A program made the translations under genes and the position numbers. Source: Felis catus (Eukaryota). From it: 64,000 nt of DNA. Positions 1 through 13,586 of this stretch are shown piece after piece. Every line of letters starts with the position of its first letter. Position 1 is the stretch's first letter. The stretch is taken from NCBI RefSeq assembly GCF_018350175.1, contig NC_058368.1:235850001-235914000 (forward strand), read 5' to 3'. The notes under the pieces were generated by a model. It searched no databases and was not told the DNA's origin. It saw only the letters and a program-made list of their open reading frames with translations.

Positions 1-361
1 GGAATTTACGGTAATGTGGATATACTTCTCAGGGCTCCTGCCAACGTGTTTTTAAAGAGCCCTAAAGTAGATAATAATATAGCCAGATTTAAAATTTCCC
101 TTTAAAGTTAAATCTGACTTTCCCACTCTTCATTCATACACTGGTTTAATGTTTCTAACATATTATATTTAACTCTCTGCGTTTCCTATGTGCATTTACA
201 AATGTGTGCATTATAGGTGGTGGTGTTCTAGATAATGGGGACCAATCTGCTTCAGTTCCTACTGAGGAGTAGCTTGCAAGGTGATGTAGGGGGTCATTAG
301 TCTGCAGGTACAACTGGACAATGGTAGATACTGGTCTCTGAAGACCTGGTGTGATTTATAA

Positions 362-500
362 TTCCTTCCTCCCTCCCTCCCTTCCTTCCTTCCTCCCTTC
401 CTTCTTTCCCTTCCTTCCTCTCTCCCTCCTTCCTCCCTCCCTTCCTTCCTCTCTCCCTCCTTCCTTCCTTCCTTCCTTCCTTCCTTCCTTCCTTCCTTCC
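362..500. repeat. (TTCC)n/(CCCT)n polypyrimidine microsatellite
   Basis: Directly visible TTCC/CCCT tetramer array. Confidence 0.95.
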
Positions 501-518
501 GACTATACATTACATATC

Positions 519-571
519 TGTGTGTGTGTGTGTGTGTGTATATATAAATATATATACACACACATATATAT

Positions 572-609
<38 letters not shown>

Positions 610-621
610 CCACATATACAT
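519..621. repeat. Compound (TG)n/(TA)n/(CA)n microsatellite
   Basis: Directly visible dinucleotide runs. Confidence 0.95.
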
Positions 622-2603
622 ATTTATTTATAAAATGTCAACTAAGACCCTGCTCTAAGACCCTGGCTTATCTAAGCTATAATTTCTACTTCTGTTAGAG
701 AGGAAAATAATCACGAGTCTCTCACCATATTTAAGAATCAAATGGTACACAATAAACAAAATCACAGAGTAAATGTCCTTGTTACCGTAAGTAAAGTAGA
801 AACTACAGAGAGACACAGGTTGAGCCCTTCTATGAACATGAGAGATGGTGACCACCCAGAAGTCAGAGGAGAAGAGGTTTTTTTTTTTTTAATTTTTATT
901 TATTTATTTTTTTTATAGCAACAAAAGAGGCACATGAGCCACCAGGCTGAACCAAATGCCTGGTCGGAGGAATTCCCAAGAGGGGCATTTTGAGCAAGGT
1001 GGTAAGGAAACAGTATAGCTTTCAAGGAAGTGTGGCCCCTAACCCAGTAGTTCACTTGGATGTGGCAACCTGTTTGCGAATCAGCAATTAATCTAATGAC
1101 TTCCTTACCTAAGACCCCCCCCCCCCCAACGCCCAACTCTGGACTGAAACCTTAGTACTAACTTTACGTGCAAACTCTGGTCCCAACAACATCCTATGTC
1201 TTACTCCAAAAATAACACCATCAAGCACCATCGTTATTCGAGACTCATTCATGTCTTTGTTTTTCAAAAGATATACATCTATGAACTAACTGATACACAC
1301 ACACATACACACATAGTATTTATTTTGTTATAGATGTATTTATTCTATTATATACTAGATATCAAGATCATCTATATGTATATATTTCATTAGCTTTGCT
1401 TTAAAAGCTAATTCCTTAAGATGTTTTTGAAAACCTATGAGGGCAAAGAGTAGAAAAAAAAATGACTTAAAAACAAATGCCCCCAAATGGCAATGGAGCC
1501 ATGCTCAGACATGGTTTCTTACTGCTCCTCTTCCAAATGGACATGCCCACAGGAGCTGGCACTTCCAGCGGATAGAATCAAGATCCTGCCATTCCTCCCA
1601 TACCCTCCGTCTAACAGCTGGTCCCCTTGTTCAACAAGGCAGATGCCCACGAGACCACCAGCTATGGCAGGGTTTTTGGAAATCCCCACATAGTTCCTGA
1701 TTCACTAGACCTTTAAGAACATTAAGAAGGGTATGCAGGTGCAAGGTGCAGCTTTCAGAACCGGGGCACTGGCACACCTTGGCCTGCTGGGAATTTATTT
1801 CCTTCAGAAGAGAAAGAGCTGTATGCACACAGAGATGTGCAGAAACCTTGGATGTGATCATCAACTCTCAAAGGGAGAGGTCCCTTAGATGACCCTGGGG
1901 ACCTAACAACAGGCTTCGATGGTGTTGTATTATGTGCACGGTGATAGAGAGCCTAGCGACTTGGCCCAGCTGCATGTCACCCTGGGCATGTTCCAGATCA
2001 AAATTTGGGACTGTTGCAGGTGGAACCGCAAATTGGTGAAGACAGGTTCAGGCTAACAGAGATAAAATTGCATGAAAGACATTCGATGGACAGTGGGCCT
2101 AGCTGCAGCTCACAGGTGTCTCCAAGAGCACACGGGCAATCGCTGGACCAGGGCAAGATGTCCGGCAGGTCATGGGACCCTTCTTCACCGCAGAAGCCAT
2201 TTGTTTTTAAGGCAATATCATAGTTTCTGAGGTTGACTTGGAAGAGGATGCCCAGTTGTTAAGTGGCAAAGAAACATGGAGAATGATCTACTTCTGGGGG
2301 GTGATGATGCTCCATTTTAAAACCACAATATGATTGGCATTATTATATCAAAAACATTATAGCATTTCTCAAAGCTGTAAACAGCCAATGCCATATGACT
2401 ATTGCTTTTGGATGTAAAGAGAAATTCCTAAGTATATTTTGGTATAGTTGCTACGTACATTTTATGATAGTTTCCCATCACAAAAGGAACAACTTGGGAT
2501 TTCATAGTAGTTTCACTAAACCAATGCTGGAATTATACAAAGTTATGCTTGTGTGAGTTTTTGAAATCAAATTCCTCCTTCAAAAAATATATATGAGACG
2601 AGG

Positions 2604-4085
2604 GGCTTCTGGAATGGCAGTGAGAGTAACTCAATGGACCCTCTTACCAGTGAAATATTCATTTAACTGGTGACAATTATGAAAGCAAAAATTAAAGTAT
2701 CTGGAAATTGTCCAAAGGATATCGAGCAAATGGGGAAACATTTATTTAAGAAAGTCTACTATATATCCCAGCAAGAACAATGAGAGTCTGTGACTTGTGA
2801 GCCATGGCTCTCTCCCAATATCCCTTTCTAGTTGAGTGTAATGGGAGCTGTATTCCAAGTGGTTATGGCCAAGAAAATGGGTCTAACTTCTCCCTCAGTT
2901 CCCAGGCTGGAGATCCAGCTCCATTTTGAAAGGGGAAGACCACTGTCATGTCTCCTTATATATAGCTTCATGATATGGAAGATGTATTTTAGGAAAGTGC
3001 AGTCAATTGGGTTGGAGAGTCTTTCCTCCAACTTGCCCCGATTTTTAGGATAGAAGCTTTAACTTGGATGTAGTATGCCAAGAATTCTGGGCCCTGATAA
3101 ACATTTACCCTAGTTTCAGTGCCAGGAGGGGCAAACCAAGGGACCAGGGCTACCATCCCTGCCCAGCCCTCATGTTGTAGAGCAGGGCATTCACTTAAGA
3201 AGAGTCCCTAGCCCCAGGGCAGTGATGCTGAGATTCTGTGCAGGGGGTGATGAGGCCATAAGAAAAGAGAGTTCTTTATGGTGTCCTCAACTTGAATGAC
3301 TACTTGGAACAGGTTGTGAGGAGGTTCATGCCTAAAGGTTTTGTTGAAAACAATGGAGATCTTGGTGATGTGCTATTAAGACGTCAGTTAGCAACGGTAA
3401 AAGCCAGTAGACCACCTAGAAGTTTGCCAGAGATAAAAAGAAAAGCAATGTCTGAGAAAAGCCTTCTGAGGGTCTAAGAAAGTATCAAAGATAGGTCCTG
3501 CTTTTTAATAGACCTCAGATTTAATTGGTCTGGGATATGGAACAATTTATGTCACAGGGCATTGTTGAAAAGTTGGCAGACACCTAGCAATTAGTGGAGG
3601 CTAATGGCTTTGTGTGATACTAATAAAGGTAGATGAGTTGAAGCTTAATAAGAAAATCACAGAAAGAGCCACTCTGGGGAGTTCAGCTAAGACCACAGAC
3701 ATCCTTGATGGTAGAAAAGACCCCTCATTTGCCTAAAGATGCATAATCTGAGGGGCACTATCAGAAGCTTCAGACTGTGGGAGAAAGATCAGCCATCTAC
3801 TAGAAACATAAACAAAAAAGCAAACAATAGCAACAACAAAAAGCCTGAGGGAGTACTTCTTATCCAGAGTTGCTACAATGGATTATAGGAGACATCCAGT
3901 TTTCAATAAGAAAAATCATGAGAAATGCAAAGATACATGAAACTGTGGTCTATACACAGAAGTTAAGAAGAAATGAGACCTCTGAGAGGGCTCAGATGTT
4001 GGGCTTAGCGGACAAAGACTTCAATGAAGCTATCATAAGTATGTGCAAAGAATTAAAGGAAGCAATATTTAAATAATTTGAGAGA
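2604..4085 (+). mobile_element. Ancient L1M 5'UTR plus ORF1 N-terminus (decayed)
   Basis: ORF 3870-4076 contains AQMLGLADKDFNEAIISMCKELKE, typical of old L1M ORF1 starts. Upstream sequence resembles L1M 5' ends (recalled). Confidence 0.7.
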
Positions 4086-4099
4086 GTTATGTTGACATG

Positions 4100-4668
4100 T
4101 CTCATTAAATAGAACCATACAAAACAAAATCATGCTGAAATACCACCTCACACTCTCTCTGATGGATGTCATGAGAAAGACAGATAATAACATATGTTGG
4201 CGAGGATACGGAGAAACATTAACTGTCATAATTTGATTGTGGCAATACAAAATATTGAAGCCACTTAGCAAAACACCAATCACATGGTGTTAACACATGA
4301 CCCAAGAATTCTGCTCTAGGTGTTTATTTCCAAGAGATGAAAACATATGTAAAACAAAACAAAACAAAGAATCCAAAAGCTCTTGTACTCAACTGTTCAT
4401 AGCAACATTATTTATAGTGTTAAAAAAGTAGAAACAACTCGAGTGTCCGTCAACTGGTGAGTGGATAAACAAAAGAGGTGTATGGGATTTCATTTGGCAG
4501 TAAGATAAATGAAGTCCTAATGCAAGCTCTGATACAATGCTAAGTAGATGAAGTCCGACTCTGGTGATGATTGCCCAACTCTGAGAACACACTAAAAAGC
4601 ATCGAATCGTACCCCTTAAATGAGTGATTTGTATGCTATGTGACCTGTATCTTCAGATATTAAAAAAT
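4100..4668 (+). mobile_element. L1M (L1MB-like) ORF2 C-terminus/3'UTR fragment
   Basis: Motifs ATACCACCTCACAC, TGTTGGCGAGGAT, GACCCAAGAATT, GTGGATAAACAAA and a 3' terminal segment ending in an A-rich tail. Confidence 0.8.
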
Positions 4669-6214
4669 ACCTGGGATTTTTTGAGATGTAGAGAGGTGTG
4701 CCTTATGAATCAGATGAATCAGGCCAGTGTGCAGCTGAGATGCCAAAAGGCTGCCCGTGTCCTGTGATTGTTTTCCAGGTGTAGATTCATGTTCACCCTG
4801 CATGGCTCAGTCCCCTTAACTTCTCATGGGCATTTTTCTCCTTTTACATTCCAGTTGTTCTGAAGTCAATCCCCACTTGAACCTTCCAGACGTGAAATAT
4901 GTCAGAACTGCTTTGGGTCACTTACGTTTCCCCAACCACCGTGGTGAAGTGTGACCTGTTAACAAATTTGCCGAAAGTAGATTCTCCTGCTCCTGACTGT
5001 TTGCTCTGGGCTGTGAATCATCTCAACACGAACATAGTGTCTGTTGACCAGTTGACATTTTACGTATAAGTTTCGTGAATCCAAGATGATTGCTGTCCAA
5101 AGAGAAGCTTGTCTCACTGCCACACCAGGGGTTCTTCTAGTGACTGTCTCTGGTTTTATCCCAGTGAAAATTGTCAACAGGTTTGACAGCTTTGCTTGGC
5201 CACAGGTATGCTCAGTTCACTTGTGCATCTCATCTTTGGTAGTTTCTGATCAGAACCCTTGGTCACGTAATCTGTGAATCATTCAGTGTGTCCTGATTCA
5301 AAGGCGCATTTCAGAGCAAGTGATCTGGGGCACAAGTAGTGGGTCTCCAACACCCCATTTCCCGAGAAATCCAGAACCAACATCACTGGATATAGTAGGC
5401 ATGATGTCGGGGAAAAGGTAGGTGCTGAGATCTTGCCGAGTCTTGTGATGTAAAAGCCATTGTCTCTCTGAATCTCTATCAGCCTGGAAGTGCTGAATAT
5501 CAAAGACTTACTCCAATTTTAAAATTTTCAGGTCAGTCTCATCAATTTTTTCTAGAATTATGTATTGTCAATGGTTATTTTTCTACTTTTTAATTTAAAT
5601 CCTGAACTGACCTAGACATATTTTTTTCTGATTTTCTCAGGTGAAAAATTTCACTGCTCATTTATTTTCTCATCAAAATGATTTTACTCACAGGGGCTGC
5701 TGACCCTCTGGCCTTCATATCCCTCACTATTATGATTTAATACAACATTTATAAAAATTATACTCATGTATAAGTAATGTATATAATTTTGTAATTATTC
5801 ATTTCATTCTATGAGTAACTCCTTTAACATACATCCCTAAAATCCTTCATCAGACCAGGCTTCCATCACATGTAGTCTTCAGAGCTTGTAAGAATTCACC
5901 ACAGTGACACAGGCCAAAACAGATTTGCTTGTCGCAGACACACTTGTAATAACCACTGATGAAATCCTGAAGAATGTTGATGTATTGAAATGTGTTTTGA
6001 GAACCACATTTTAGATTTCAAATTTTGTTGAAGATCTTTTCACACTCTGTGTTAACCGTGAAACTGGTGACAACGTGATGGATGCGGCAGCCTTATAAAA
6101 GTTTCTTTATGGAGTTGTTAGAAATCCCCTGCTCTTGGAATGTCTCGAGTGTATGTGGTTCCTGGTCTTATGCAAGGGTTTGAGAGGGCGACCAACTTTA
6201 AGACCAGTTTGGGA

Positions 6215-6385
6215 CTAAGTGCTGAATATGAATCAATAGCTATGATTTACTCCATGCTATGTTTGGAACTAGCTCAGGTGTTCTACATCCATCTGCCTCT
6301 GTGGTCTTGCATCTGAGAGGTTTAGGGGAGTGTGAGCTACTCTGGAGGAAGGCCATCAGCATCTTCCACACTGAATGTGGAGTTG
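6215..6385 (+). mobile_element. Possible L3/CR1 relic
   Basis: GCTGAATATGAATCAA and CTGGAGGAAGGCCATCAGCAT resemble CR1/L3 ORF2 3' motifs; highly diverged. Confidence 0.3.
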
Positions 6386-6564
6386 ACGGTTTCTGCTCTT
6401 TCCCCCTCAAGCTTCAGTAGAGAAGTGAGACCCCGTCACAACTGCCAAATGTCCCTATAAGATGATAAATCTCCTCCAAGGAGTTCTGTTTGTCTCTTAA
6501 GTCTGGAAGCTTAGCAAGGCGTAGAGAAAACAATAACAATAAATGTTATGTTACAGTGTACGCA

Positions 6565-6715
6565 CCTCCTACCATGCTGGCCTGTTCGTGGTTCCTCCAA
6601 CATGACCAGCGTGGCCCTGTCTTCCTGCCTTTGCGTCTACTTTTATTTGGACATAGAATATTCTTTCTCACGTAACTTTTCATGCCCATTTCTGCTGAAA
6701 TGCCACATGCTTGAG
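6565..6715 (+). mobile_element. L2 fragment
   Basis: CATGCTGGCCTGTTCGTGGTTCCTCCAACATGACCAG...CCTTTGC resembles the L2 3' region. Confidence 0.55.
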
Positions 6716-7340
6716 TAAATCAATATAAAGACTTTTTTGACTTATACTCGGTATTGTTAAAACTGACTATGTTGTTGAAACTGACTACCTAATGGCTCTC
6801 TTCCTCTTTGCTGAGGCTGTGCAGGGGAAGGGGACCATCTGAGCTGTAGCTATGTGTACTCAGGTGGGGTGCAGATGAATCTGAATTTTCTCCAGCACGG
6901 ATAGGTGGACATTTTCCAGAGCAGCCCCCTGCTAGCCGAGCCCCCTGCTAGCTCTACCCAGTCCTTCCCGAACACACTTGCAGGATGGCTCTGCTCATCG
7001 GGCTGAATGTAATGTCCCAGCGATTTTCTCATTCTGTGACTGAGAGGGTGACAGCATCAGAACAGCAGGCTAGCCATCTAGGGACGCCTCTTCCTCCAAC
7101 AACAAATACACCTGGGCTTTTCCCTGAAGGAAACATTATGAGTGTTCTGACCTCCCTGTGCTGAAGTGTCCCCCTTGCCTACCCAGGCCAAGGCATCAGC
7201 ACTAGATGCCTCTGATGTCAGGGGAGTTTATCGGGGCTCTGGTCAACAACAAAGGAAGGTCTGAATCAGGGGAGATGTTCAGTTCCGAGATCAACAGAAA
7301 GCTTCCCATAGAGGTGATCCAGGTGCCTATGTTGGATGCA

Positions 7341-7680
7341 GTCATTTATTTGTTCATTCAACAAATATTTACCGTGAGGCAGTTATGCTGAGGGGAAGAG
7401 ACACAATGCTCAATGCGCACATTACGCTTGGTTTTAAGAAGCTTGCAGTCCACCGGGGCCATATTTCACAAACAAAACAAAATAATTTCTCAACGGCAGT
7501 TATGGTAAGTGCTACCAAAGACTAACCTCTGCATTGTGGAATTGTTTGACAATGTTCCCGAGAGAGATCGGAGGTTCAAGATGTCCTGTGTGAAGAAATG
7601 CACTTGCAAGGAGGTTTGAAAGCTGTGCTCCGTTGGCCTTGTGTTTTGATTATAACTAAAGTGGACTGACATTTTCTTAT
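7341..7680 (-). mobile_element. L2 3' end
   Basis: TTCATTCAACAAATATTTA is the antisense L2 terminus. Confidence 0.65.
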
Positions 7681-7749
7681 TATTGTTTTATCTCTTTCAC
7701 CTGCCATTTACACCCTGACCCCTACATTGGGTGCCATATGTGGATACTA

Positions 7750-9720
7750 TTCCTGTCCCAGTATTAGCCAAAACTACTTTGAAGTCTATGAGACAGAAAC
7801 ACAATTTTCTAGAAATAACTAAATTAAGGTTTTGTAATAGTAGACAGAAAATATGTTTCAGTGAAAAAAAGTAAACATTATATCAATTGGAATCACCAAT
7901 ATGAAGTTGAAACATTGGCAGGGCAAGTGATGAAAATTTAAAATATACTGGGAAAAAATATACGGGGAGTTCCAGAGAGAGAAAGGTTAAAAAAAATAAC
8001 AAATGGGGAAATAAGAATAATACAAAATGCTTGATTTGAAAAAAAGAAATTTTTGTTCTCTGATTAAGAAGTCATTCTGATTACAGTGAAACACAAATGA
8101 ATAACTACGATGCTTCTGATACCCTAGAGAGATTCCTAGACTGCAGTGAGAAGGATAAAATGTCAATGTTTTTCTTATTCTTATTTCGAAGCAAAAATTT
8201 ATTTTCAAAATAAAGATGATCCAAATATTGTACACATTTCATGTGCTATAGTGGAAGCTGGAAATGTTTGAAATGTATGCAGCTTTTGTGAGAAAATGAA
8301 ATGTTTTTCAGCAATATTTTAGTAAGTGGTGCCATCGTCTAGTCTTCGGATGAGAAGCATGAGAATTTTGACATTTTAAGATATGCAAAAGTTCAGAAAG
8401 TGGTATGTTCATGTTCTCTATCTGAATCATTTTTTTTTTTCCATGAAGCAGTCTATCGAAGCGCATTGAACCACGAGAAAAATGAAGACAGGGCAAGATT
8501 GCATGGGAAGGATACAATAATAAGGAAACATTTACAATGTACGAAATAAAATCTTAATAATGAAAATACAACTGGGAATTGTAATTTCAGTGATGAGTAA
8601 AGGTTCCTAAAAATAAAGAATAAATTCCCAGAACTCTAAATTCTCAACTATCAGAAATCCAAAGGTGGCTTATTTGTGACTCTGGAAAAAGAGTTAATAC
8701 AGACATTCTCCAGGTTTAATCTCAGGATAAAGAATAAGCAGATGGCAGAAACAGCTCAATGTCAGGGCACAGTTATTATTTTTATACTTCATGAAGGAAA
8801 TATCAGTTGTATGATTTATCTTATAGAAGCACAGTATTTACTATCAGAGGAGAAAATCATAATTGGATTTCCAATCAGTGTATGGGGAAGGAAAAGAGGG
8901 AATGAAAGAGAACCTAAATATGCCAGAAAGAAAGGGAAAAGGAAATTGGAGAAAAATTTAAGGAGAAAGAAGGAATATATACAAAGTAGGTGTTAGAAAT
9001 TAAACTAAGTAAACAATAAACAATCAAGTAATATATCTTTATACAATTATACTGATTTTCACTTTGTATTTTAAAAATCCAGCTAAATTAGCAAAAATAA
9101 TCAGACCTCTAACCCATAAAAGGAAGAAGAGAAGAAATAAAAACAACTTGTAACAAGTTGACAAAAAAATGTCAAATAGAAGAAAATATAGTGACGGTAT
9201 TAATAACAAGTCACATTTCAAGCCAAGTTCTTTGAATGAGAAAAATGGTTATACAACTATAATACATGTTATGTATTAGGTGCATAATACATGCATAAAG
9301 GATTATTAATATATAATTATGAGGATTATTAATGCACAATCATTTATGTACTACCCCTATCACACACATAAAGACAATTACAAGTAAAGCAAATATGAAT
9401 TAATGAAAATAAAATTATACATGAAGAACTTAATAGATAGATCCAATAACCAAAAATCAAAACTTATACATATTTAATTTAATAATGATGATATTAATTA
9501 TATATATGCATATAATTATATAGACATAATTTAACAAATATAAGAACGTATAAAAACTTAATAAACATTTTTTAACACAAAATATGTAACTAAACTAATA
9601 ATTCATTGATGAATGGAAAATATACCAGACTCAATCAGGACAGATTATTGTACTTGGAGACGGTATAATAGAACATGTTCAAAATGAATCATAGAGATAA
9701 AAATGAACTTAAAATATAGA
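7750..9720 (+). mobile_element. Very decayed old L1 (L1ME/HAL1-like) sequence
   Basis: Strongly A-rich plus strand with scattered L1-like phrases; boundaries uncertain. Confidence 0.45.
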
Positions 9721-9728
9721 GAATATAA

Positions 9729-9947
9729 GGGGTGTCTGGGTGGCTCAGTCTGTTAAGCATCTCACTTTGGCTCAGGTCATGATCTCATGGTCCGTGAGTT
9801 CGAGCCCCACGTCGGGCTCTGTGCTGACAGCTCAGAGCCTGGAGTCTGCTTCAGATTCTGTGTCTCCCTCTCTCTCTGCCCCTCCCCCACTCATGCTCTG
9901 TCTGTCTCTCTCAAAAATAAACATTAAAAATAAAAAAAAATAAAAAA
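9729..9947 (+). mobile_element. CanSINE (felid SINEC)
   Basis: GGGGTGTCTGGGTGGCTCAG head, B-box GTTCGAGCC, CT tract, A tail; diverged TSD AAAATATAGAGAATATAA / AAAATGTACAGAACATAA. Confidence 0.97.
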
Positions 9948-9949
9948 GG

Positions 9950-10660
9950 AAAATGTACAGAACATAAAAGAAATGTAGGAATGAACAACAAGCCCGGCAA
10001 ACATGTAGTCAGGTTCTCAGAATGAGAGAAGAAAGTGAATGGAAAACAGGAAGCATTTGAAAACAAAGATACTTAATGTATCAAGTTGTTAAATCACTAT
10101 GTTGTACATATGAAACTAATGTAACACTGTGTGTCCACTCTATTCAAATTAAAAAAAAAAAAAAGAAAGAACACAAAGATACCTAAAACGTTTGGAAGTT
10201 GTCTTGCAAATGTCAACCCAGGGGGTCAAGCTCAGGGAACCAACCCCAGCTGAGTGAGTAGAAAGGAAGTCTCATCGAGGCATGTACAACTGAAACACAA
10301 GACTCGCAGCTAAAGAGGTAACTTGAAAGCAGGGAGAAGAAATATGACACATGTCCTTCAACAGCACAGCCATGAGACTGACAGCTGATGCGTGAACACA
10401 AGTAATGGAACCCGGCAAAGAACAGCATCACAACTTAAGCATATGGAAGAAAAAGAAACAGACCGCTGCCAACCTAGGATTCTATGCCCAGTAGATTCTC
10501 TGCAAAATGGAAAGTGTGATGGAAATGTGTCAGACAAATCTGCTGGCACACCCACACTGCCGGACACTCTAAAGCAAGGTGTTCAGACTGAATGCAAATG
10601 ACCCCAGCTCGAAGGGCAGAGGTGGCATGGGTATCACCAGGAAGCACAGGAATCACTGGC
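9950..10660 (+). mobile_element. Old L1M ORF1 C-terminal part (interrupted)
   Basis: ORF 10392-10601 has CQPRILCPV...NVSDK, matching the L1 ORF1 PRILYPAK...TFSDK motif. Confidence 0.75.
10073..10170 (+). mobile_element. Severely 5'-truncated carnivore L1 3' end
   Basis: AATCACTATGTTGTACATATGAAACTAATGTAACACTG plus poly(A); TSD ACAAAGATAC on both sides. Confidence 0.85.
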
Positions 10661-10798
10661 CCAACTGGTGTGAAAAGTACATTGACAGGGATGGCCTGGC
10701 AGGACTGGAGAAGTAGAGCATGGTATTCTTAAGCTTAGAGACATTGCTTCTCCCTGCAGTGCAATTCCTTAGTTTCTCATTAAATCCAAGGACATTTT

Positions 10799-10926
10799 GG
10801 GGTACCTGGGTGGCTCAGTTGGCTAAGCATCCGACATTTGGTTTTGGCTCAGGTCATGATCACACAGTTCATGGATTCAAGCCCCTCATTGGGTTCCATG
10901 CTGGCAGTGCAGAGCCTGCTTGGGGA

Positions 10927-10972
<46 letters not shown>

Positions 10973-10990
10973 AAATAAGTAAACTGAAAA
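10799..10990 (+). mobile_element. CanSINE
   Basis: tRNA-like head, (CT)n, A tail; TSD CAAGGACATTTT. Confidence 0.96.
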
Positions 10991-11159
10991 ACAAGGACAT
11001 TTTATAAGTTAACTGTTCTTTAAAAACCTCCAGATAATAAAATGACAAGAATGACAAACGTTAAAAATAATTCAGAAGTGCAAATTAAAGTATTGATTGG
11101 AGACAATTATTATGAATTGTTGATGAAATGCTTAGGTGAACGGATGATGGTAACTTGGT

Positions 11160-11432
11160 GTTCTGGACTGGAATTCACATGCTGGAGCCCTAGCTTCCAG
11201 TGTGGCTGTACCTGGAGCTAGGTCCTTCAAGGTAGTCACTGAGGTCAAGTGAGGTCACAAAGAAGGGGCCCTGATCTGATGGGATCATTGTCATTATAAG
11301 AAGAGACATCAGCCAGGAGTTTGGTCCTGGACTTCTAATCTCCAGAACTGTGATAAGGTAAATTTCTGACATAGGCCACCCAGTCTGTAGGGTCTGTGGT
11401 ATTTAGTTATGGCTGCCTGAGCCGACAAGGAC
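11160..11432 (+). mobile_element. MaLR LTR (MLT1A-like), internally deleted
   Basis: GAATTCACATGCTGGAGCCCTA...TCCAGAACTGTGA...AAATTTCTG...GCCACCCAGTCTGT...GTTATGGCTGCCTGAGC. Confidence 0.85.
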
Positions 11433-11469
11433 ACCGGGCATTTGTGTGATGTCCCCTCTCAAATGGAAA

Positions 11470-11958
11470 GTGTACAATGGAGGGATGAGGCTGTCACCAC
11501 CCTAATTTGGTGGTTAACATGAATAGTATGTGTCTCTTGTTGGGATTCAACATCAAGAATTTAATACCACCACTGTTTTGTCCTATAAAAGCAATAATTA
11601 ACTCTAAGCATGTAGATTTAGTTTTCAGTTTATGAAAATATCAGGATGAAAAACAAATTAATTGAGCCCAGAAGGAAGCAGAAACAAATTAAAATAGTGG
11701 CTGTTTCTATAGAACATTGGCCTAAGTTTCTTTAACAATCAGTATTCTATAGGTATAAAGACTAATGGGAAATAACACTGTAAAACATGTCCTAGATTCT
11801 GACAAATTAGATGGAAATAGCGTCTTTAAACTCAATTAGAAAAAGTTAAATATAATCTGGGTTTTAAAAGCTAAAAGACTATCCTTGAAAAAATATACCA
11901 AGAATTTCACAAGAGTATGCACTGTGAGCTGTAAGACCCCATTTTGATTTAAATACCA

Positions 11959-12002
<44 letters not shown>

Positions 12003-12170
12003 GTGTGTGTGCACCTGTGTACAGAGTCCTATATGGAAGAAGGTCTGAAAGGTTAGTGGCGATCTCTGGATAGTGAGGGGATGACTTTATAATATGTTTA
12101 ACTTTTGCTTGTCTGTACTCTGTAGCTTTCTATGATTCACGTATACAACTGCTGTAATAAAAAATGTTTC
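11470..12170 (+). mobile_element. Old L1 (L1MC/ME-like) 3'UTR fragment
   Basis: Resembles recalled L1MC/ME 3'UTR; interrupted by (TG)n. Confidence 0.45.
11960..12011. repeat. (TG)n microsatellite
   Basis: Directly visible. Confidence 0.97.
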
Positions 12171-12399
12171 TTAGAAAATCAACTCCTTTCAAGGAACATA
12201 TTCTATCACTAGCTGACAATTATGGACCTCCTTCTCAGCATTGTGAAACATCTCACTCTGGGCCGATGACCTTTCCTGATTTGTATTTAAGAACACTGGT
12301 GCCACCAGACTGACTTCGCTTGCTATTTCGCCACCAAACGTAACAGCCAACCTGCATCTAGGAGTCGCGTTACCTTCCAACCTTCCGCGATGGATGAAT

Positions 12400-13008
12400 G
12401 ATCTCTGTGCCTGTCAAAGGCCAATCCCTCCAGTGGCTCCTTGCTGCCCTTAGAATTAAGTCCGAACCCCTCACCTTGGCTTCCGTATCTTACCGGCTCC
12501 CACCTGCCCCTTTCATATCTTTTTGTATAACTGTTGCTCACGAGGGCCTCGAGTCGCAGTCCATCTTTTTTGCTCTTCCCTTTGTGTTTGCTATGACTCC
12601 AACTGGAAAACTCTAACACACACAAGGTCCTTGCAGGGTTGTGTCCTTGTAAGGTCATGTAGGACATAGCTCAAATGTCACTATCTCAGGGAGACCTTCT
12701 CTAACATCCCAACGTAAGGACCTGCCCCTGGGGTTTTCTCTCATACTATGTTTTCTCCCTTCGTTTCTTACCACCCTCCTTCCTCGTTTCCTCCTCCTGT
12801 CCCTTCTTTTTCTACTTCTCTTTGTTCTTAACCTCCACAGCAGTTATCAATATGAGAAATAGTTTATTATTTATTCCTTTATTGTCTTTTCTCTCCTTTC
12901 TAATCTAAGCCCCATGACTGTTCTATTCATTGACATGTCGTCCTTGCCAAGAACATTGCCTGCCTAATACCTAGTAGCCACTCACTGAGATTCAGTGAAT
13001 AAGTGGAT
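12400..13008 (+). mobile_element. L2 3' portion
   Basis: CCCTCCAGTGGCTCC...AGAATTAAGTCCGAACCCCTCACC, AGCTCAAATGTCACTATCTCAGGGAGACCTTCTCT, terminal GTGAATAAGTGGATG. Confidence 0.85.
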
Positions 13009-13586
13009 GCAGGCTGTCCTGAATCCCATGACCCCAACCTCCTGGTATTCCGGCCTCTGTGTAATTCCCTTCCCTTGAGGACGGCAGAGCCTGGGAACTA
13101 CCTCTCACTAACAGAATGTGGCAAAGGTAACGAGATACGCATGACTATGTGCACATAATGACCTGACAGGGTCACCCAGTATTCTGGTGCCACCTTGCTT
13201 GAGTGTGGCTGTCTCTCTCCCTTGCTGTCTGTGAAGGAGGAAGCTGCCACAGGGGAGGCACCTGGCAAGGAACTGGGGTTGGCCGAGAGCACAGGCTGAC
13301 CTCCAGACAACAAACAGCCTGAAGCCCTCAGGGCTACAGCTGCCAAGAGACCAAATTCTACATTAACCGAAGGGAGCTTCGCTGTGGCTTCCTCCCCAGT
13401 AGGGCCTTTGATTAGGTCTGAGACTTGGGTTATACCTGGACTGCAGCTTCCTGAGACCCCGGACAGGACACCCAGCTAATCTGTGCCCAGACTTGCGATC
13501 CACAGGAACTAGAAGCTAAGAAGCATGTTTCTTTAAGCCACTGCGGGTGTGGCATTAATGTTACCCAGCAAGAGGTGACTAACACA
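13009..13586 (+). mobile_element. MaLR solo LTR (MLT1F/G-like)
   Basis: CTCCTGGTATTC...AACAGAATGTGGCAAAGGT...CCCAGCTAATCTGTGCCCAGACTT...TTTAAGCCACTG...CAGCAAGAGGTGACTAACACA. Confidence 0.88.

Noticed and set aside
259..698. 115-120 aa ORFs on both strands
   Set aside because: Translations of TTCC and TA/CA microsatellites; low complexity.
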